This document shows positions 22,424-33,078 of a DNA stretch of 64,000 bases, piece after piece. This stretch comes from an uncultured Methanomicrobiales archaeon. Its GTDB lineage: Archaea > Halobacteriota > Methanomicrobia > Methanomicrobiales > Methanospirillaceae. The position numbers and the translations under genes were made by a program. Positions within the stretch are counted from its first letter, which is position 1, and every line of letters begins with the position of its first letter. The stretch spans positions 32,001-96,000 of the forward strand of contig CAVWXH010000016.1 in the NCBI GenBank assembly GCA_963758915.1, in the 5' to 3' direction. A model generated the notes under the pieces. That model had not been told where the DNA came from. It ran no database searches and saw only the letters and a program-made list of their open reading frames with translations.

Positions 22424-22774
22424 GGCTTTGTTGAACCCCTCTCAAATCCAGTTTGCGGATTTGGGTATTGCAGAATTTCGTCATGCTATCGGGGCCCCGC
22501 CCCGCTGCTTTGGCGGCCCCGGTCTATAGGAAATAATCTTCAACTCTCTGAACATTTCTTCCAATGCTCCAATTGAACCCTGCCAATGAATATGTTATCA
22601 GGAGTTGGGCAGGGAAGGGGTGAAACCCCTTACTGTCAATGTATTCCCTCGTTTTTTAACTAAGCAGGGTTTACCATGTACATGACTAAACGGACCCAGT
22701 ATATGGAAATTTTGAACGAGGCATTTTCATAGCCCTGGTGTGAACTTCCCGTTCATATGTGTTTCAACAATGCT
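22424..22774. mobile_element. MITE-like element: TIR-core(forward)-module A(reversed)-TIR
   Basis: GGCTTTGTTGAACC / GTTTCAACAATGCT; TGAACTTCCCGTTCA at 22741-22755; lies between convergent genes. Confidence 0.82.
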
Positions 22775-22819
22775 CTGAATGCTTAAAATAATGGGAAAAA
22801 CCGGTGCTGTACGTCCCGT

Positions 22820-23131
22820 TTACGTCTCGTTTCTGAGTTCTTCATACTCCATCAGGAGCGACCCGAAAATTATTTTTTCCAGTACCTGCGCGACATATTT
22901 TATATGCTGTGACCTCTCGAGGTCCTCATACCGGTGAATATCCGAATAAATCTGGAGCCGGATCAGAGCGAAGCGGAACCGATCAAGTGCGTCTTCATCA
23001 AATGTGATCGCAGTCCGGTAAATCGGTTCGATCATATCCGGGATCATCCGGATGTCATTGAGGCAGGTGATCACATCATCATAGATATCGATGGGTTTCT
23101 CCCTGCCACAAAGGACCCTCATATAATCCAT
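22820..23131 (-). CDS. Hypothetical helical protein, translationally coupled to mrp
   Basis: ATG immediately follows the mrp stop; 103 aa of ordinary protein composition. Confidence 0.75.
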   Translation of the reverse strand: MDYMRVLCGREKPIDIYDDVITCLNDIRMIPDMIEPIYRTAITFDEDALDRFRFALIRLQIYSDIHRYEDLERSQHIKYVAQVLEKIIFGSLLMEYEELRNET

Positions 23132-24016
23132 TTATTGCTCGACCACCTTCACCAGTGCTTCCATGAGTTTGTCTACACTCTTCCAGGTGGCATTTTTATC
23201 ATGATTAATAAGGTAAGGACGACCTTCATCGCCGGCCTTTCTCATTTCAGGGTCGATCGGGATGCTCCCAAGGAACGGGACGCCAAATTCATCGGCAATC
23301 TTTTTCCCACCTCCCTTCCCGAAGAGATCAATCTCTTCATGGCAATGCGGGCAGACCATCCCGCTCATATTTTCTACAATCCCGATAACCGGCAGTCCTA
23401 ATTTCTGGACAAACTTGATTGCCTTCTTCGAATCGAGTGTTGCAACATCCTGTGGTGTGGTGACAATAACGGCACCTTTTACATTTGGTGCAAGCTGGGC
23501 AATCGTGAGTGCCTCGTCACCGGTCCCGGGAGGGAGATCCACAACAAGGAAATCAAGCGGGCCCCAGTTGACTTCTTCAAGGAACTGGTGGATCACACTC
23601 ATCTTCATCGGACCACGCCAGATTATTGGCGTACTTACATCAGGGAGGAGAAAAGCCATCGAAATGACTGCCAGGTTACCGGTGACATGGACCGGTTCAA
23701 TCATTTCACCCAGTGCTGAAAGCTTATGTTCCTCGATTCCAAGCATTTTAGGGATATTAGGTCCGTGGATATCGAGGTCAAGCAGACCGACCTTATAGCC
23801 ATGGCTCGAAAGTGCAAACGCAAGGTTCACAGAAACGGTTGATTTTCCGACCCCTCCTTTTCCTGAAAGTACAAGGAGTACATGTTTTACATCGATCTTT
23901 GCTTTCTGGTTACATTCAGGTCGCTGCCCTTTTTCTGCGGTGTTACAGGTCTTACAATCTTTCGTACAGGGTCCTTCCTGAGCGTTGGCTGCCTTTTTTT
24001 CCTTCTGTTCCGGCAT
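23132..24016 (-). CDS. mrp: Mrp/NBP35 family Fe-S cluster carrier ATPase
   Basis: SGKGGVGKST, IIWRGP, DLPPGTGD, ENMS..CPHC; N-terminal CxxxCxxC cluster. Confidence 0.95.
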   Translation of the reverse strand: MPEQKEKKAANAQEGPCTKDCKTCNTAEKGQRPECNQKAKIDVKHVLLVLSGKGGVGKSTVSVNLAFALSSHGYKVGLLDLDIHGPNIPKMLGIEEHKLSALGEMIEPVHVTGNLAVISMAFLLPDVSTPIIWRGPMKMSVIHQFLEEVNWGPLDFLVVDLPPGTGDEALTIAQLAPNVKGAVIVTTPQDVATLDSKKAIKFVQKLGLPVIGIVENMSGMVCPHCHEEIDLFGKGGGKKIADEFGVPFLGSIPIDPEMRKAGDEGRPYLINHDKNATWKSVDKLMEALVKVVEQ

Positions 24017-24279
24017 TTTTAGTCCTCACTCTATAGCAGATTTTGTCTCTTTCTATAAGGACACCCGTCCATAAATAAATACGTATCAGACTCTTTAAAC
24101 GGCACCAGGGGCAGGAATTAGCGCCTGAAATTACTACGTGAGATGGAGTGATGTATTGTTGGACCCTAAAAAAAACCTGTAAAGTTCCTGATGCAGTATA
24201 TATTCCCCTGGCAGTCTGATCCGGTCACCAGATTTAAAACCGCATAATGATTGGGAGGATACTTACGAACGGACGGTCA

Positions 24280-24720
24280 CTACAGGAGCTCATGTTGACG
24301 GTCCAGTTCCAGGTTGCAGAGCCTGTCTGCCTGCCTGATGTAATGGTTTTCCCGTGGTACGGATTGATAGGTAACCTGTTCAAACCTTCTGGCAAGCGCC
24401 GATACGTCCCTGTGCAACTCCGCAAGATGAGATTTTTTTACTTTATATGTCCCTGATAACTGCCGCATGACCAGTTCACTGTCTGAACAGACATGTACTG
24501 CCCCACCCGTGACAGGTGCAAGCCATTGCAGACCATGAATGACAGCCTTATATTCTGCCACGTTGTTCGTGCTGACCCCCAGGAACCCACTTTCTTCGTA
24601 GAGAATCGTCTCCTCATTTATAATCAGGAACGCATAAGAGGCGGGCCCGGGGTTTCCCCTGGATGCCCCGTCAGTATAGCAGAACAATCCATGTTCGGGG
24701 GTGTAGCCGGGATATACCAT
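24280..24720 (-). CDS. rnhA: Ribonuclease HI family protein
   Basis: YTDGASRGNPGP, TNNVAEY, DSELV, VPREN..ADRLCN. Confidence 0.92.
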   Translation of the reverse strand: MVYPGYTPEHGLFCYTDGASRGNPGPASYAFLIINEETILYEESGFLGVSTNNVAEYKAVIHGLQWLAPVTGGAVHVCSDSELVMRQLSGTYKVKKSHLAELHRDVSALARRFEQVTYQSVPRENHYIRQADRLCNLELDRQHELL

Positions 24721-24961
24721 GTTCAGATCAGGTTACAGGAGTACAAATCATCATAGTGGAATAATCTTGTTACTTATCTCCAAGATCGCCAAGGTATGAA
24801 TCGGATACCTGAAGGAACCGGTATGATTGATACCGGTGATGGTATGAAATACGTGATTTCCGGCCTCCTGTCAACGTTCCATGGTATCATTTTCGTTTTC
24901 CCTGGTGAATGGCAAAGTTGTGCAAACCCGGGATGATATATAGCAGTACTGATAAGATGGA

Positions 24962-25426
24962 ATGATTACTATGGTCGGACATCTCCATGTATCGCTGGAT
25001 TTTCTCGAGTTCCCACCTACCTGCACCTGTGACGGGGGTGATCAGTCCCCACGCATACATCTGCACGGGCTTGACGCTGCATCAGTAGCGGTCTGGGTGG
25101 TAAACCCTTATATTCGCTCTTGTTGTTCATTCACTCCCTGGCTGGTCTGGAATATTCAGCCAATGGCGATTATTCCCGGAACTATACCAAAAATTCCCCG
25201 GGTGACCTCCCCAATCGCATGTTACCAGGGAATAAATGATCACGGGATCACCGGGTATACCGGCCCGTGTCCACCGCCCGGTGAGTCCCACCGATACCAG
25301 TTCAGGGTATATGGGCTTGACAATATGCTTGAAATTCTCCCGGGAAGTACGAGCCACGAACTGGTGGCTGCGATGAGGGGTCATGTTCTCCAGTATGGCG
25401 AAACAATTGCACTGTATACGAGGTAG
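24962..25426 (+). CDS. YbhB/YbcL (PEBP) family protein, divergent pocket
   Basis: TCDG..SP, WLVWNI, GYTGPCPPPG, HRYQFRVYGLD. Confidence 0.88.
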   Translation: MITMVGHLHVSLDFLEFPPTCTCDGGDQSPRIHLHGLDAASVAVWVVNPYIRSCCSFTPWLVWNIQPMAIIPGTIPKIPRVTSPIACYQGINDHGITGYTGPCPPPGESHRYQFRVYGLDNMLEILPGSTSHELVAAMRGHVLQYGETIALYTR

Positions 25427-25558
25427 GTGCCGGACCGGACTCATGTGGTGAAATTCCTCATCCGGCAATCAGGCGTGACAACAGGCAATATTATCTGAAG
25501 AATATTCTTTGAGGCGTTACCCAGATACCTTCATTAGTCAGGAGACGTTTTTCTCAGT

Positions 25559-26019
25559 ATGAAAGAACTCAAAATAATAGTATCCGTACATACGCTGCCC
25601 CCTGCCTATACCTGTGATGGAGAGGATAAATCACCACCTCTTGAAATCCATGGGATTGATAATTCGGTATCAAAATCACTTGCCCTGATCATGAACGACC
25701 CTGATGCACCGGGTGGAAAAGGGTTTGTGCACTGGTTAATGTGGAATATGGAACTGGTCTCTGTTCTTCCGGAAGATATCCCGAAAGAGACCGCCATTAC
25801 GTTTCCAATCGGCGCGCTCCAGGGCATGAACCATTTTGGAAGGATCGGGTATCGGGACCATGCCCTCCGCCGGGAAAGACACATCGCTATGATTTCAAAG
25901 TCTATGGGCTCGACATAATTCTTAGCCTGGCCCCCGGTTCCGGGAAAGATGAGGTAATCAAGGCATTAGCAGGGCATGTGGTTCAATATGGGGAGGCATC
26001 AGTACAATATGGTCGTTAG
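25559..26019 (+). CDS. YbhB/YbcL (PEBP) family protein (frameshift near 25853)
   Basis: YTCDGED.SP, MNDPDAPGG.GFVHWLMWN in the first frame; GPCPPPGKTHRYDFKVYGLD in the second. Confidence 0.88.
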
Positions 26020-26347
26020 CGGTTGTCCGTGAACTAACCGTCCTCTGTTGTTGAATTCAGGGAGTATCAGCGCACTATAAACGGGCCAGGCCACTATGAA
26101 ACGGGTTACCATAAGGGAAACGTCCCGCTTCGAGGATATACAATACGGGGACCTATGGCGGATACATAGTCCTGAAGGTCCATCCGGTGATATTGATAGC
26201 CAGTTAAACCGGGCGGCCTTATCTGTACCATAACTCCGTTCCGGTATTCCATGAATTCAACCAAAGGCCCCGAACCCTGTTTGATGTGACTATCAGCCCC
26301 GGTGACAGGATGCATCATCTTATACTAATAACAGCCAAAATTATCGT

Positions 26348-27145
26348 ATGGAGAAGCGGGACGTTATAATGGTGGTCCTCGGTCTCGCGATCGTGCTGGT
26401 CATAGCGTTTGTCGTGAAACCCATGATAACCGGCAAACCGGTGGATATGAGTATACCTCTGGCGATACCCGGCGTTGGCACGCCAACTCTTACTCCCACA
26501 CCTGTTGCGACGGTGGACGATGCCTATGAACGTTACAAGGCATCACAAAATATGCCCCAGGTGACAGCGGCGCCAACATCAGCTCCAACCCCGAAGCCCT
26601 CATGGAGCGGACAGTCACAAGGTCTCGGGTTTGTTGACCCCGCACGATATGGCCAGACTCCCACTCCAACCCCGATAGCCCATACGGGGGTCGCCTCACA
26701 GACGAGCGGGTTTGAATCAAATCCGATGGCCATCTACGCCACTATCGAGGGAAAAGACCCTGGATCAACCCAGCCAATCGCTATGCCATTCCCGTACTGG
26801 GAACTTCGTTACACGGTTAACCCCTATGAAACGACGTTTATGAATACAACTGAGAGTAAGGCAGCAGGTGTTGCCAAGTCGGTTGGTAGTGAGGTATTTC
26901 CCTCGTTTTCTATCCAGGTAATCGACGCGGACCAGCCGAACCGGACTGTGAGGACCATCACACCTCCCGGAGGGCTGGATGCGAAGCTGTGGGCTAAAGG
27001 AAAGGACTATGACCCGAGGCCATGGGTTGAAAAATTCTACGAGGGTGTAGAGAACCACAATTATTACTTCGTAATCACTCCCCACATGATACACTCGTAT
27101 CGTATTGATGTTATGGTACCGGAGCGATATATCGGGAAGTATTAG
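26348..27145 (+). CDS. Hypothetical membrane-anchored protein with Pro/Thr-rich linker
   Basis: N-terminal TM helix, PTPTP stretches, globular C-terminus. Confidence 0.8.
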   Translation: MEKRDVIMVVLGLAIVLVIAFVVKPMITGKPVDMSIPLAIPGVGTPTLTPTPVATVDDAYERYKASQNMPQVTAAPTSAPTPKPSWSGQSQGLGFVDPARYGQTPTPTPIAHTGVASQTSGFESNPMAIYATIEGKDPGSTQPIAMPFPYWELRYTVNPYETTFMNTTESKAAGVAKSVGSEVFPSFSIQVIDADQPNRTVRTITPPGGLDAKLWAKGKDYDPRPWVEKFYEGVENHNYYFVITPHMIHSYRIDVMVPERYIGKY

Positions 27146-27194
27146 GGGATTCCAGCAAAGTTGGGAATCCCCTGAATATTATTTTTCTAATCGG

Positions 27195-27732
27195 CGCTGG
27201 TATGAAAAACTCCGGCAGAACAATCTGAAATGCCAATTTTTTATGCCCATCTTTGACTATAAAGGCTCATAGCACGCTCTGTTGAAATAGTGCGTGTAAA
27301 AATAAAGGATGAAGTTAACTAACCCGGGGGAGGTTTCATCTCACATCTGCCAACCCACACACATGAACGGGAAGTTCACGCCCGCACCATCAAAATACCT
27401 CGATCATAATCTCCCTTATATCGGGTTAAGTTCAGGCAGTTTCATGGGAAACCCTGCGTAGTTAAAAAAACGAGGGAATGCGTTGACAGGAGAGGTTTCA
27501 CCCCCTCCCGCCCCACCCCTGATAAAATAAACACCGGAAGGGTTCAAATGGGACATTTTTGATAATTTAAGAGATTAAAGGTCATTTTCAAGCCCAACCA
27601 GGGTCCCAAAGCGGCGGGGTGGTGCCCCGGGAGCGGGGATAAATTTGGAATTACTTAATCAGCAGGATAGATTTATGTGGGTTCAACAAAGCCGGTTGTT
27701 CAACTACCTGACCTGAGGTTTTCTTACCAGCC
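27195..27732. mobile_element. Composite/nested repeat locus: module B, GGCTCATAGCAC, TIR with partial core, module A, reversed core, TIR, outer end
   Basis: GCTGGTATGAAAA (27196) and TTTTCTTACCAGC (27719-27731) form an outer IR; GCTCTGTTGAAAT at 27276; palindrome 27364-27378; GTTCAACAAAGCC ends 27693. Confidence 0.8.
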
Positions 27733-27936
27733 GGTTTTTTTCTCATCATTGTGATTAGCACCAGGAATTCATCAGGACTGGACCGGTAAAAAAATCTTCC
27801 TTGCGTTTCTGCTCTGTCAATACGCACCTCATGATATCATGTGGTTTACTTCACGATCGATACAACCTTTTTCCGCTACCGGAGTTCCATTCAGGAATAA
27901 AAAAGTATGGCCGTTTTATGACTGGTGACAGCCGGG

Positions 27937-28320
27937 TCACTCAATATCGAGTTTTCGTTTTCCCATGGATTCGATATACATAATTTCTTTTCCAACCTCG
28001 ATCCCCGCGAGTTTATCCGCGTCTGTCGGGATCTCGATTGTCTGAAAATCTTTCATGTCCATCATCTGGATTACATTTCCCGTGATGGTAATGACCTGCC
28101 CGCTCTTACGTTCAACAATAGGCACGTAGGTCCTTGCAGAAACCGGCTGTACAACTGAACGTTTTACACCGTCGAATATCCCCACTGCCTCTATCCTTGA
28201 TTTTGCAGCCCCGTGTTTGCCTGGTTTTGATATTGATATGGCAACGATCCTGCATGGTTCATCTTCGATGACCATGTAACGGCCTTCCTTTAATTTTCCA
28301 ATTTCGGTTTGTTCCTTCAT
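27937..28320 (-). CDS. eif5A: Translation initiation factor 5A
   Basis: SKPGKHGAAK hypusine motif. Confidence 0.97.
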   Translation of the reverse strand: MKEQTEIGKLKEGRYMVIEDEPCRIVAISISKPGKHGAAKSRIEAVGIFDGVKRSVVQPVSARTYVPIVERKSGQVITITGNVIQMMDMKDFQTIEIPTDADKLAGIEVGKEIMYIESMGKRKLDIE

Positions 28321-28399
28321 AGTCTAACTCCTTAAACGCAGTAGTAATTTATCTTTATGACATTACATAAATACAACGTAAGAATACCCTGGTGCTGAT

Positions 28400-29176
28400 A
28401 TGGAATTCCTCAAATCCTGTGATCAGATGGCGGTAGCAGTAGAGGATGCAATCCACGATCAGGTCGGAACCCTTGAGGGTGGCAGGATGATTAGAATGGG
28501 TGCAGACGGGACACCGACCAAGCTGATTGACCAGGTCGCCGAGGACTGCATCGTGACCTACCTTTCAGAACATCCGCTCTGTCGTACTTTGATCAGCGAG
28601 GAGCTTGGGAAACGTGAATTTGATGGCGAACAGGGTACCATATTCCTTGACCCGGTTGACGGGACCTATAATGCAGTGAATGGCATCCCTTTCTATGCCC
28701 TTTCAATTGCGTATGCCGAAGGGGGTATTGTTAATAAGGCATATGTGCGTGACCTTGCGAATGGAGAAACTTTTAGTGCAATTCGCGGAAAAGGTGCTCA
28801 TATGGCAGGGAAAATCCTCCGGGTCTCGCAGACTGCGAACCTTGACGAGGCGGCAATGAGCATCTATGGCCGCAAGTTTGACCCGAAGCGCGTAATGCAG
28901 CTTGGACAGAAGATCCGGCGGTGGCGTCTACTCGGTGCTTCTGCCCTTGAACTTAGTTATATCGGGGCCGGACGCATTGATGGTTTTATTGACCTCCGGG
29001 GGACGCTTCGGGTGACCGATGCAGCAGCAGGGATGCTCATCTGTACAGAAGCAGGAGGTTCCGTATCCGATATGAATGGAAATGCGATCAATTTCCCGGA
29101 CGAAGTGACCATCGGCCGGTGTCTGGTCGCTACGAATGCAGTCCTGCACCATAAGGTTATCGAGTACCTGAGGTAA
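28400..29176 (+). CDS. suhB: Bifunctional fructose-1,6-bisphosphatase/inositol monophosphatase
   Basis: [32 protein letters not shown]. Confidence 0.92.
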   Translation: MEFLKSCDQMAVAVEDAIHDQVGTLEGGRMIRMGADGTPTKLIDQVAEDCIVTYLSEHPLCRTLISEELGKREFDGEQGTIFLDPVDGTYNAVNGIPFYALSIAYAEGGIVNKAYVRDLANGETFSAIRGKGAHMAGKILRVSQTANLDEAAMSIYGRKFDPKRVMQLGQKIRRWRLLGASALELSYIGAGRIDGFIDLRGTLRVTDAAAGMLICTEAGGSVSDMNGNAINFPDEVTIGRCLVATNAVLHHKVIEYLR

Positions 29177-29181
29177 CAGGG

Positions 29182-29994
29182 ATGAAAATCATTCTAATAT
29201 CCCGGATTGATGACAGGGAGGCACTGCTTTACACTGAGCAGACTGGGCGTCTCCTTTCAGGCTGGGGCCATGATATCAGTTTTGATCAGACGACTGCCGC
29301 AGCCATCGGGGTCAGAGGGTGCTTGCTCGAGGAATCTGATGCATCCATGGCCGTGGTAATTGGTGGTGACGGGACAATACTCCACTCTGTCCAGCGCATG
29401 GTGAACCAGAAACCGATACTGGGTATTAACTGGGGGGAGGTAGGTTTCCTTGCAGACATAGAACCTGTGGAAGCAGAAAAGTTTCTACGGGATATGGGGC
29501 CCGGTTTCCCGATTGAAAGGAGAATGCGGCTTAATCTGATGTGGGATGGTGAAGTGCTGGGGAATGCCCTGAATGAAGCACTAATTATTACAAGCCGGCC
29601 TGCAAAAATGCTCAGGTTTGTTGTGGTGGTTGATGGAGTCCCCGCAGAAAAATTCAGGGCTGACGGGGTTCTTATCAGTACCCCGACGGGTTCTACTGCC
29701 TATGCAATGAGCGCTGGAGGACCCATTGTCGACCCCAGGATCGAGGGGGTAGTGCTGGTGCCCCTTGCACCGTACCTTCTCTCCTCCAGGCCTCATGTCA
29801 TCAGCTCCTCCCGCACACTTGAAATACGACTTGAAAGTGTCAAACCTGCAAAAATCGTAATTGATGGCCAGAATACCTTTGAATTTGAAACAGGAGGCAC
29901 AATTACCGTCCGGAAAGCCGCAGAGCCTGCGTTGTTTGTTGATGCGAGAAAGAATTTTTTTGAAAAGGTTGACCGGAAATTACGGCGCCTGTAA
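29182..29994 (+). CDS. nadK: NAD(+) kinase
   Basis: [37 protein letters not shown]. Confidence 0.95.
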   Translation: MKIILISRIDDREALLYTEQTGRLLSGWGHDISFDQTTAAAIGVRGCLLEESDASMAVVIGGDGTILHSVQRMVNQKPILGINWGEVGFLADIEPVEAEKFLRDMGPGFPIERRMRLNLMWDGEVLGNALNEALIITSRPAKMLRFVVVVDGVPAEKFRADGVLISTPTGSTAYAMSAGGPIVDPRIEGVVLVPLAPYLLSSRPHVISSSRTLEIRLESVKPAKIVIDGQNTFEFETGGTITVRKAAEPALFVDARKNFFEKVDRKLRRL

Positions 29995-30022
29995 AAAAAA
30001 ATGTTGTCCTAGTTGAAATGCC

Positions 30023-30192
30023 GGCTCTGTTAACCGGCTCTCAAATCTATCCTGGTGATCACGGGTATTCCCAAATTTATCATCCGCTCCCCGGGCTCCA
30101 CCCCGCTGCGTTGGGACCCTGGTGGGATTGAGAATGACCTCAAAATCTCTGAAATATTCAGGAATCTGCAGTTAACCCTGCCCAAAGAATAT
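30023..30192 (+). mobile_element. Truncated core copy of the repeat family
   Basis: GGCTCTGTTAAC..CTCTCAAATCTATC...GGGCTCCACCCCGC...AACCCTGCCC; ends at the Trm11 stop. Confidence 0.72.
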
Positions 30193-30198
30193 TATTGC

Positions 30199-31155
30199 TT
30201 ATGCCAAAAGCACCATGATGCGCCGGGTGAGGCTTTTATGAACGCGTTGCTCGTGAAATTCACAGAGGTCCATAATCGGGGAAGCAATTGCCCTGATATC
30301 CCGGTGTGTTACAATAACCGCCCGTCTCCCCGGTTTCAGGACCCTCCTGATCTCTTCAAGTGACTGGGTATACAACGATTCAAGGCCTTCAGCCATGATT
30401 GACGAAGACTGGCCATAGGGGAGGTCTGTCGCAACAGCGTCAACAGAGTTATCTTTTAACGGGAGGTTCCCGGCATCTGCGAGAAACAGCCCGGCACCAA
30501 AAATATTCCGCCGTGTCCCTCTTACCATGAAAACATCCATATCACCCCCTGTTGCGATTGCACCGACCATCCCTGCCTCGATTAGGACACCCCCTGTTCC
30601 ACAGAACGGGTCAAGAAACCGTTCACCGTTCGCTACCCGTGTGAGGTTAACGATAGTCCGGGCAATCCGGGGCATCATCACACCCGGATGAAAAAATTCC
30701 CGTTTTCCGGGGTTTCTTGCGTCAAACGAACCCCTGTCGATAGTACAGAGTAGTTTTCCCAGGTAACAACGGTCCCCAGAACATATCGCCCTGAACTCGT
30801 GTGCCGGGTGATCAAGTGATACCATTCCCGAAATAGCATCTCCCATCAGCCGTTCAAGCGATGGTGCAGGCTCTGTGATCTCTGTCCCCTCAACTTTTTT
30901 TACCCTTGCCACGAATGGACCCGGGGATGATATCGACAGTTCCCTTAAGAGTTGGAGGAAAGACCCGGTATCTGCCGGGCATTCACCAAGGTATTCCATT
31001 ACGGAGTGAGCCATTGCCAGCCTCTTCACAGGAGACACCCTGTTGCATAATGCCACCGCAACCTGTGGCCGTGAATCAATTACCTCTCCAACGCACGACA
31101 ACTCTGAGCTGGGTAGTGTCGGGTGTTCTCCGGAAAGGTGGAAGAGGAGTTTCAT
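30199..31155 (-). CDS. tRNA (guanine-10 N2) methyltransferase, Trm11-type
   Basis: LSGEHPTLP start, FFHPGVM, LDPFCGTGG, TDLPYG, RVHKSLTR. Confidence 0.88.
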   Translation of the reverse strand: MKLLFHLSGEHPTLPSSELSCVGEVIDSRPQVAVALCNRVSPVKRLAMAHSVMEYLGECPADTGSFLQLLRELSISSPGPFVARVKKVEGTEITEPAPSLERLMGDAISGMVSLDHPAHEFRAICSGDRCYLGKLLCTIDRGSFDARNPGKREFFHPGVMMPRIARTIVNLTRVANGERFLDPFCGTGGVLIEAGMVGAIATGGDMDVFMVRGTRRNIFGAGLFLADAGNLPLKDNSVDAVATDLPYGQSSSIMAEGLESLYTQSLEEIRRVLKPGRRAVIVTHRDIRAIASPIMDLCEFHEQRVHKSLTRRIMVLLA

Positions 31156-31474
31156 TGGTATAGAATTCGTCCCCGGGAAAGAAATTGGTTGGGGTATTTC
31201 ATCAGGTCAGAACCGGATATCCCGTAGACATTTCTCGGAAAATTCCGGGTTATCAAAAAAAAACCCGGCCGTTTTTTTTGGTACAGCCGCTGGCGTGAAT
31301 AGATCTTTTCGGCCCCGGCCATGGGTTGTACCCTTCACGATAAACGATGGTGGTTTCCTGCCATTCCCATAAAAAATAGTATTTGGGTATTGCTTCTGAT
31401 GACCCGATCAAAAGTTACACATGTATCAGCAGAAAAAAGTACATAATACATTGATTGATCCGGGGCTATGAACG

Positions 31475-31936
31475 ATGCAACCACCTTTTCAACAGAATAA
31501 TGACCGGTTGGACGAGGGAGCAGGGCAATGCAGCAAATCCCCGTATGTTATCCTCCTCATGGATGACGAAGAAAGTATTCTCGATTCGTATGCAAAGCTG
31601 CTCAGGATAAAAGGGTTTATTGTCTATACCGCGTGTGACGGAGAGCAGGCAATAGATATCTATAACCAGGTGTTATCGTCGGGACGAGCGGTGGATGTAG
31701 CGATTATTGACCTGACAATTCCTGATGGTATGGGTGGAATAGAGACGGTTGCCCGGATTAGGGAGATTGACCCGGATGTGAGGGCTATTGCAACAACCGG
31801 ACATTTTCAGGACTGCCTGACAGATGAGTATAAAAAACACGGGTTCGTGGAGATTCTTCCAAAACCATACCTGTTAAAAGAATTACTTGAAGCAATAGAC
31901 CGGGTAATCATGATGGAGAGGTATTCCCCGGAATAA
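31475..31936 (+). CDS. Stand-alone response regulator receiver protein
   Basis: LLMDDE, IIDLTIPDGMGG, ATTG, LPKPY. Confidence 0.88.
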   Translation: MQPPFQQNNDRLDEGAGQCSKSPYVILLMDDEESILDSYAKLLRIKGFIVYTACDGEQAIDIYNQVLSSGRAVDVAIIDLTIPDGMGGIETVARIREIDPDVRAIATTGHFQDCLTDEYKKHGFVEILPKPYLLKELLEAIDRVIMMERYSPE

Positions 31937-31938
31937 TC

Positions 31939-33072
31939 TTACTTTTTACCCCTTAATCCTGAGAAAATCCCTTTCTTTGAACTCCCTGCCTTTTTCCCTT
32001 CCGCCTCGAGGATCTTCTGGTAGAATTCACGTTGTTCAGGTGGGACTGATTTCGGGACGACAATTTTAAGCCTTACCAGGAGATCGCCTGGTTTTCCCCT
32101 TCTTTTTACGCCTTCGGCGGGTATTTTCAGGGCGGTATTATGCTGTACTCCTGCCGGTATTGAAAGGTCCACGTGCTTATTATCGATTGTCTCAATCGTT
32201 TCCGAAGAACCAAGAACTGCCTGGGCAGGACTTATTTCTAAGGTTGTTTCGAGTGTATCACCGGTACGGATGAACCGGTTATGCGCCCGGACATGAACCT
32301 CGATGAAGAGGTCACCACTAGGTGCCCCGGTGTCGCCCGCTTCGCCATACCCCTCCATCCGGAGACGCATACCGGTATCGATACCCGCCGGGAAATGGAC
32401 CGACAATGTCCTTTTAACCCTGTTATGACCGCTCCCTTTGCATTCGGGGCATTTCTTCTCTGCTACCCTTCCACGGCCCATGCATTCGTTACAGGTAGTC
32501 ATCCGGACAAACTGGCCGAAAACAGTCTGGCTCATCTGCTGGAGCTGGCCTGACCCGTTGCATCTCTTACAGGTATGGAGTTTTTTTGTCTCGCTTCCGG
32601 TACCATTGCATGCAGGGCAGGGCTCGTTGTGCATGAGCTGTACCTCTTTATCGGTGCCGGCAACTGCCTCTTCCAGGGATATCTGCATCCGCATCAGGAC
32701 ATCGTTACCTGACTGCGGGCCTCTCGGGCCCCTCGCCCCGCCATACGACCCGCCGAAGAAATCAAAGATATCGCCGAAGCCCGAAAAGTCTGCAGAGAAA
32801 CCTCCCGCATGGGGGCCCCCTGCCCCGGAATACTGGCCTTTCGAGGCGTTGGTGAAGTTGGTATGACCGAGCTGATCGTACTGGGACTTTTTCTGCGAAT
32901 CGGAGAGGACGCTATATGCCTCGTTTATCTCTTTGAACTTCTCTTCTGCGCCGGGTTCCTTGCACACATCGGGGTGATATTTTCGCGCAAGGTTGCGGTA
33001 GGCTTTTTTGATCTCTTTGTCATCGGCAGTCCTCGATACCCCAAGGACTTCGTAGTAGTCGCCAGCACCCAT
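31939..33072 (-). CDS. dnaJ: Chaperone DnaJ
   Basis: J domain with HPD, G/F region, four CxxCxGxG repeats. Confidence 0.98.
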   Translation of the reverse strand: MGAGDYYEVLGVSRTADDKEIKKAYRNLARKYHPDVCKEPGAEEKFKEINEAYSVLSDSQKKSQYDQLGHTNFTNASKGQYSGAGGPHAGGFSADFSGFGDIFDFFGGSYGGARGPRGPQSGNDVLMRMQISLEEAVAGTDKEVQLMHNEPCPACNGTGSETKKLHTCKRCNGSGQLQQMSQTVFGQFVRMTTCNECMGRGRVAEKKCPECKGSGHNRVKRTLSVHFPAGIDTGMRLRMEGYGEAGDTGAPSGDLFIEVHVRAHNRFIRTGDTLETTLEISPAQAVLGSSETIETIDNKHVDLSIPAGVQHNTALKIPAEGVKRRGKPGDLLVRLKIVVPKSVPPEQREFYQKILEAEGKKAGSSKKGIFSGLRGKK

Positions 33073-33078
33073 CTGCGC

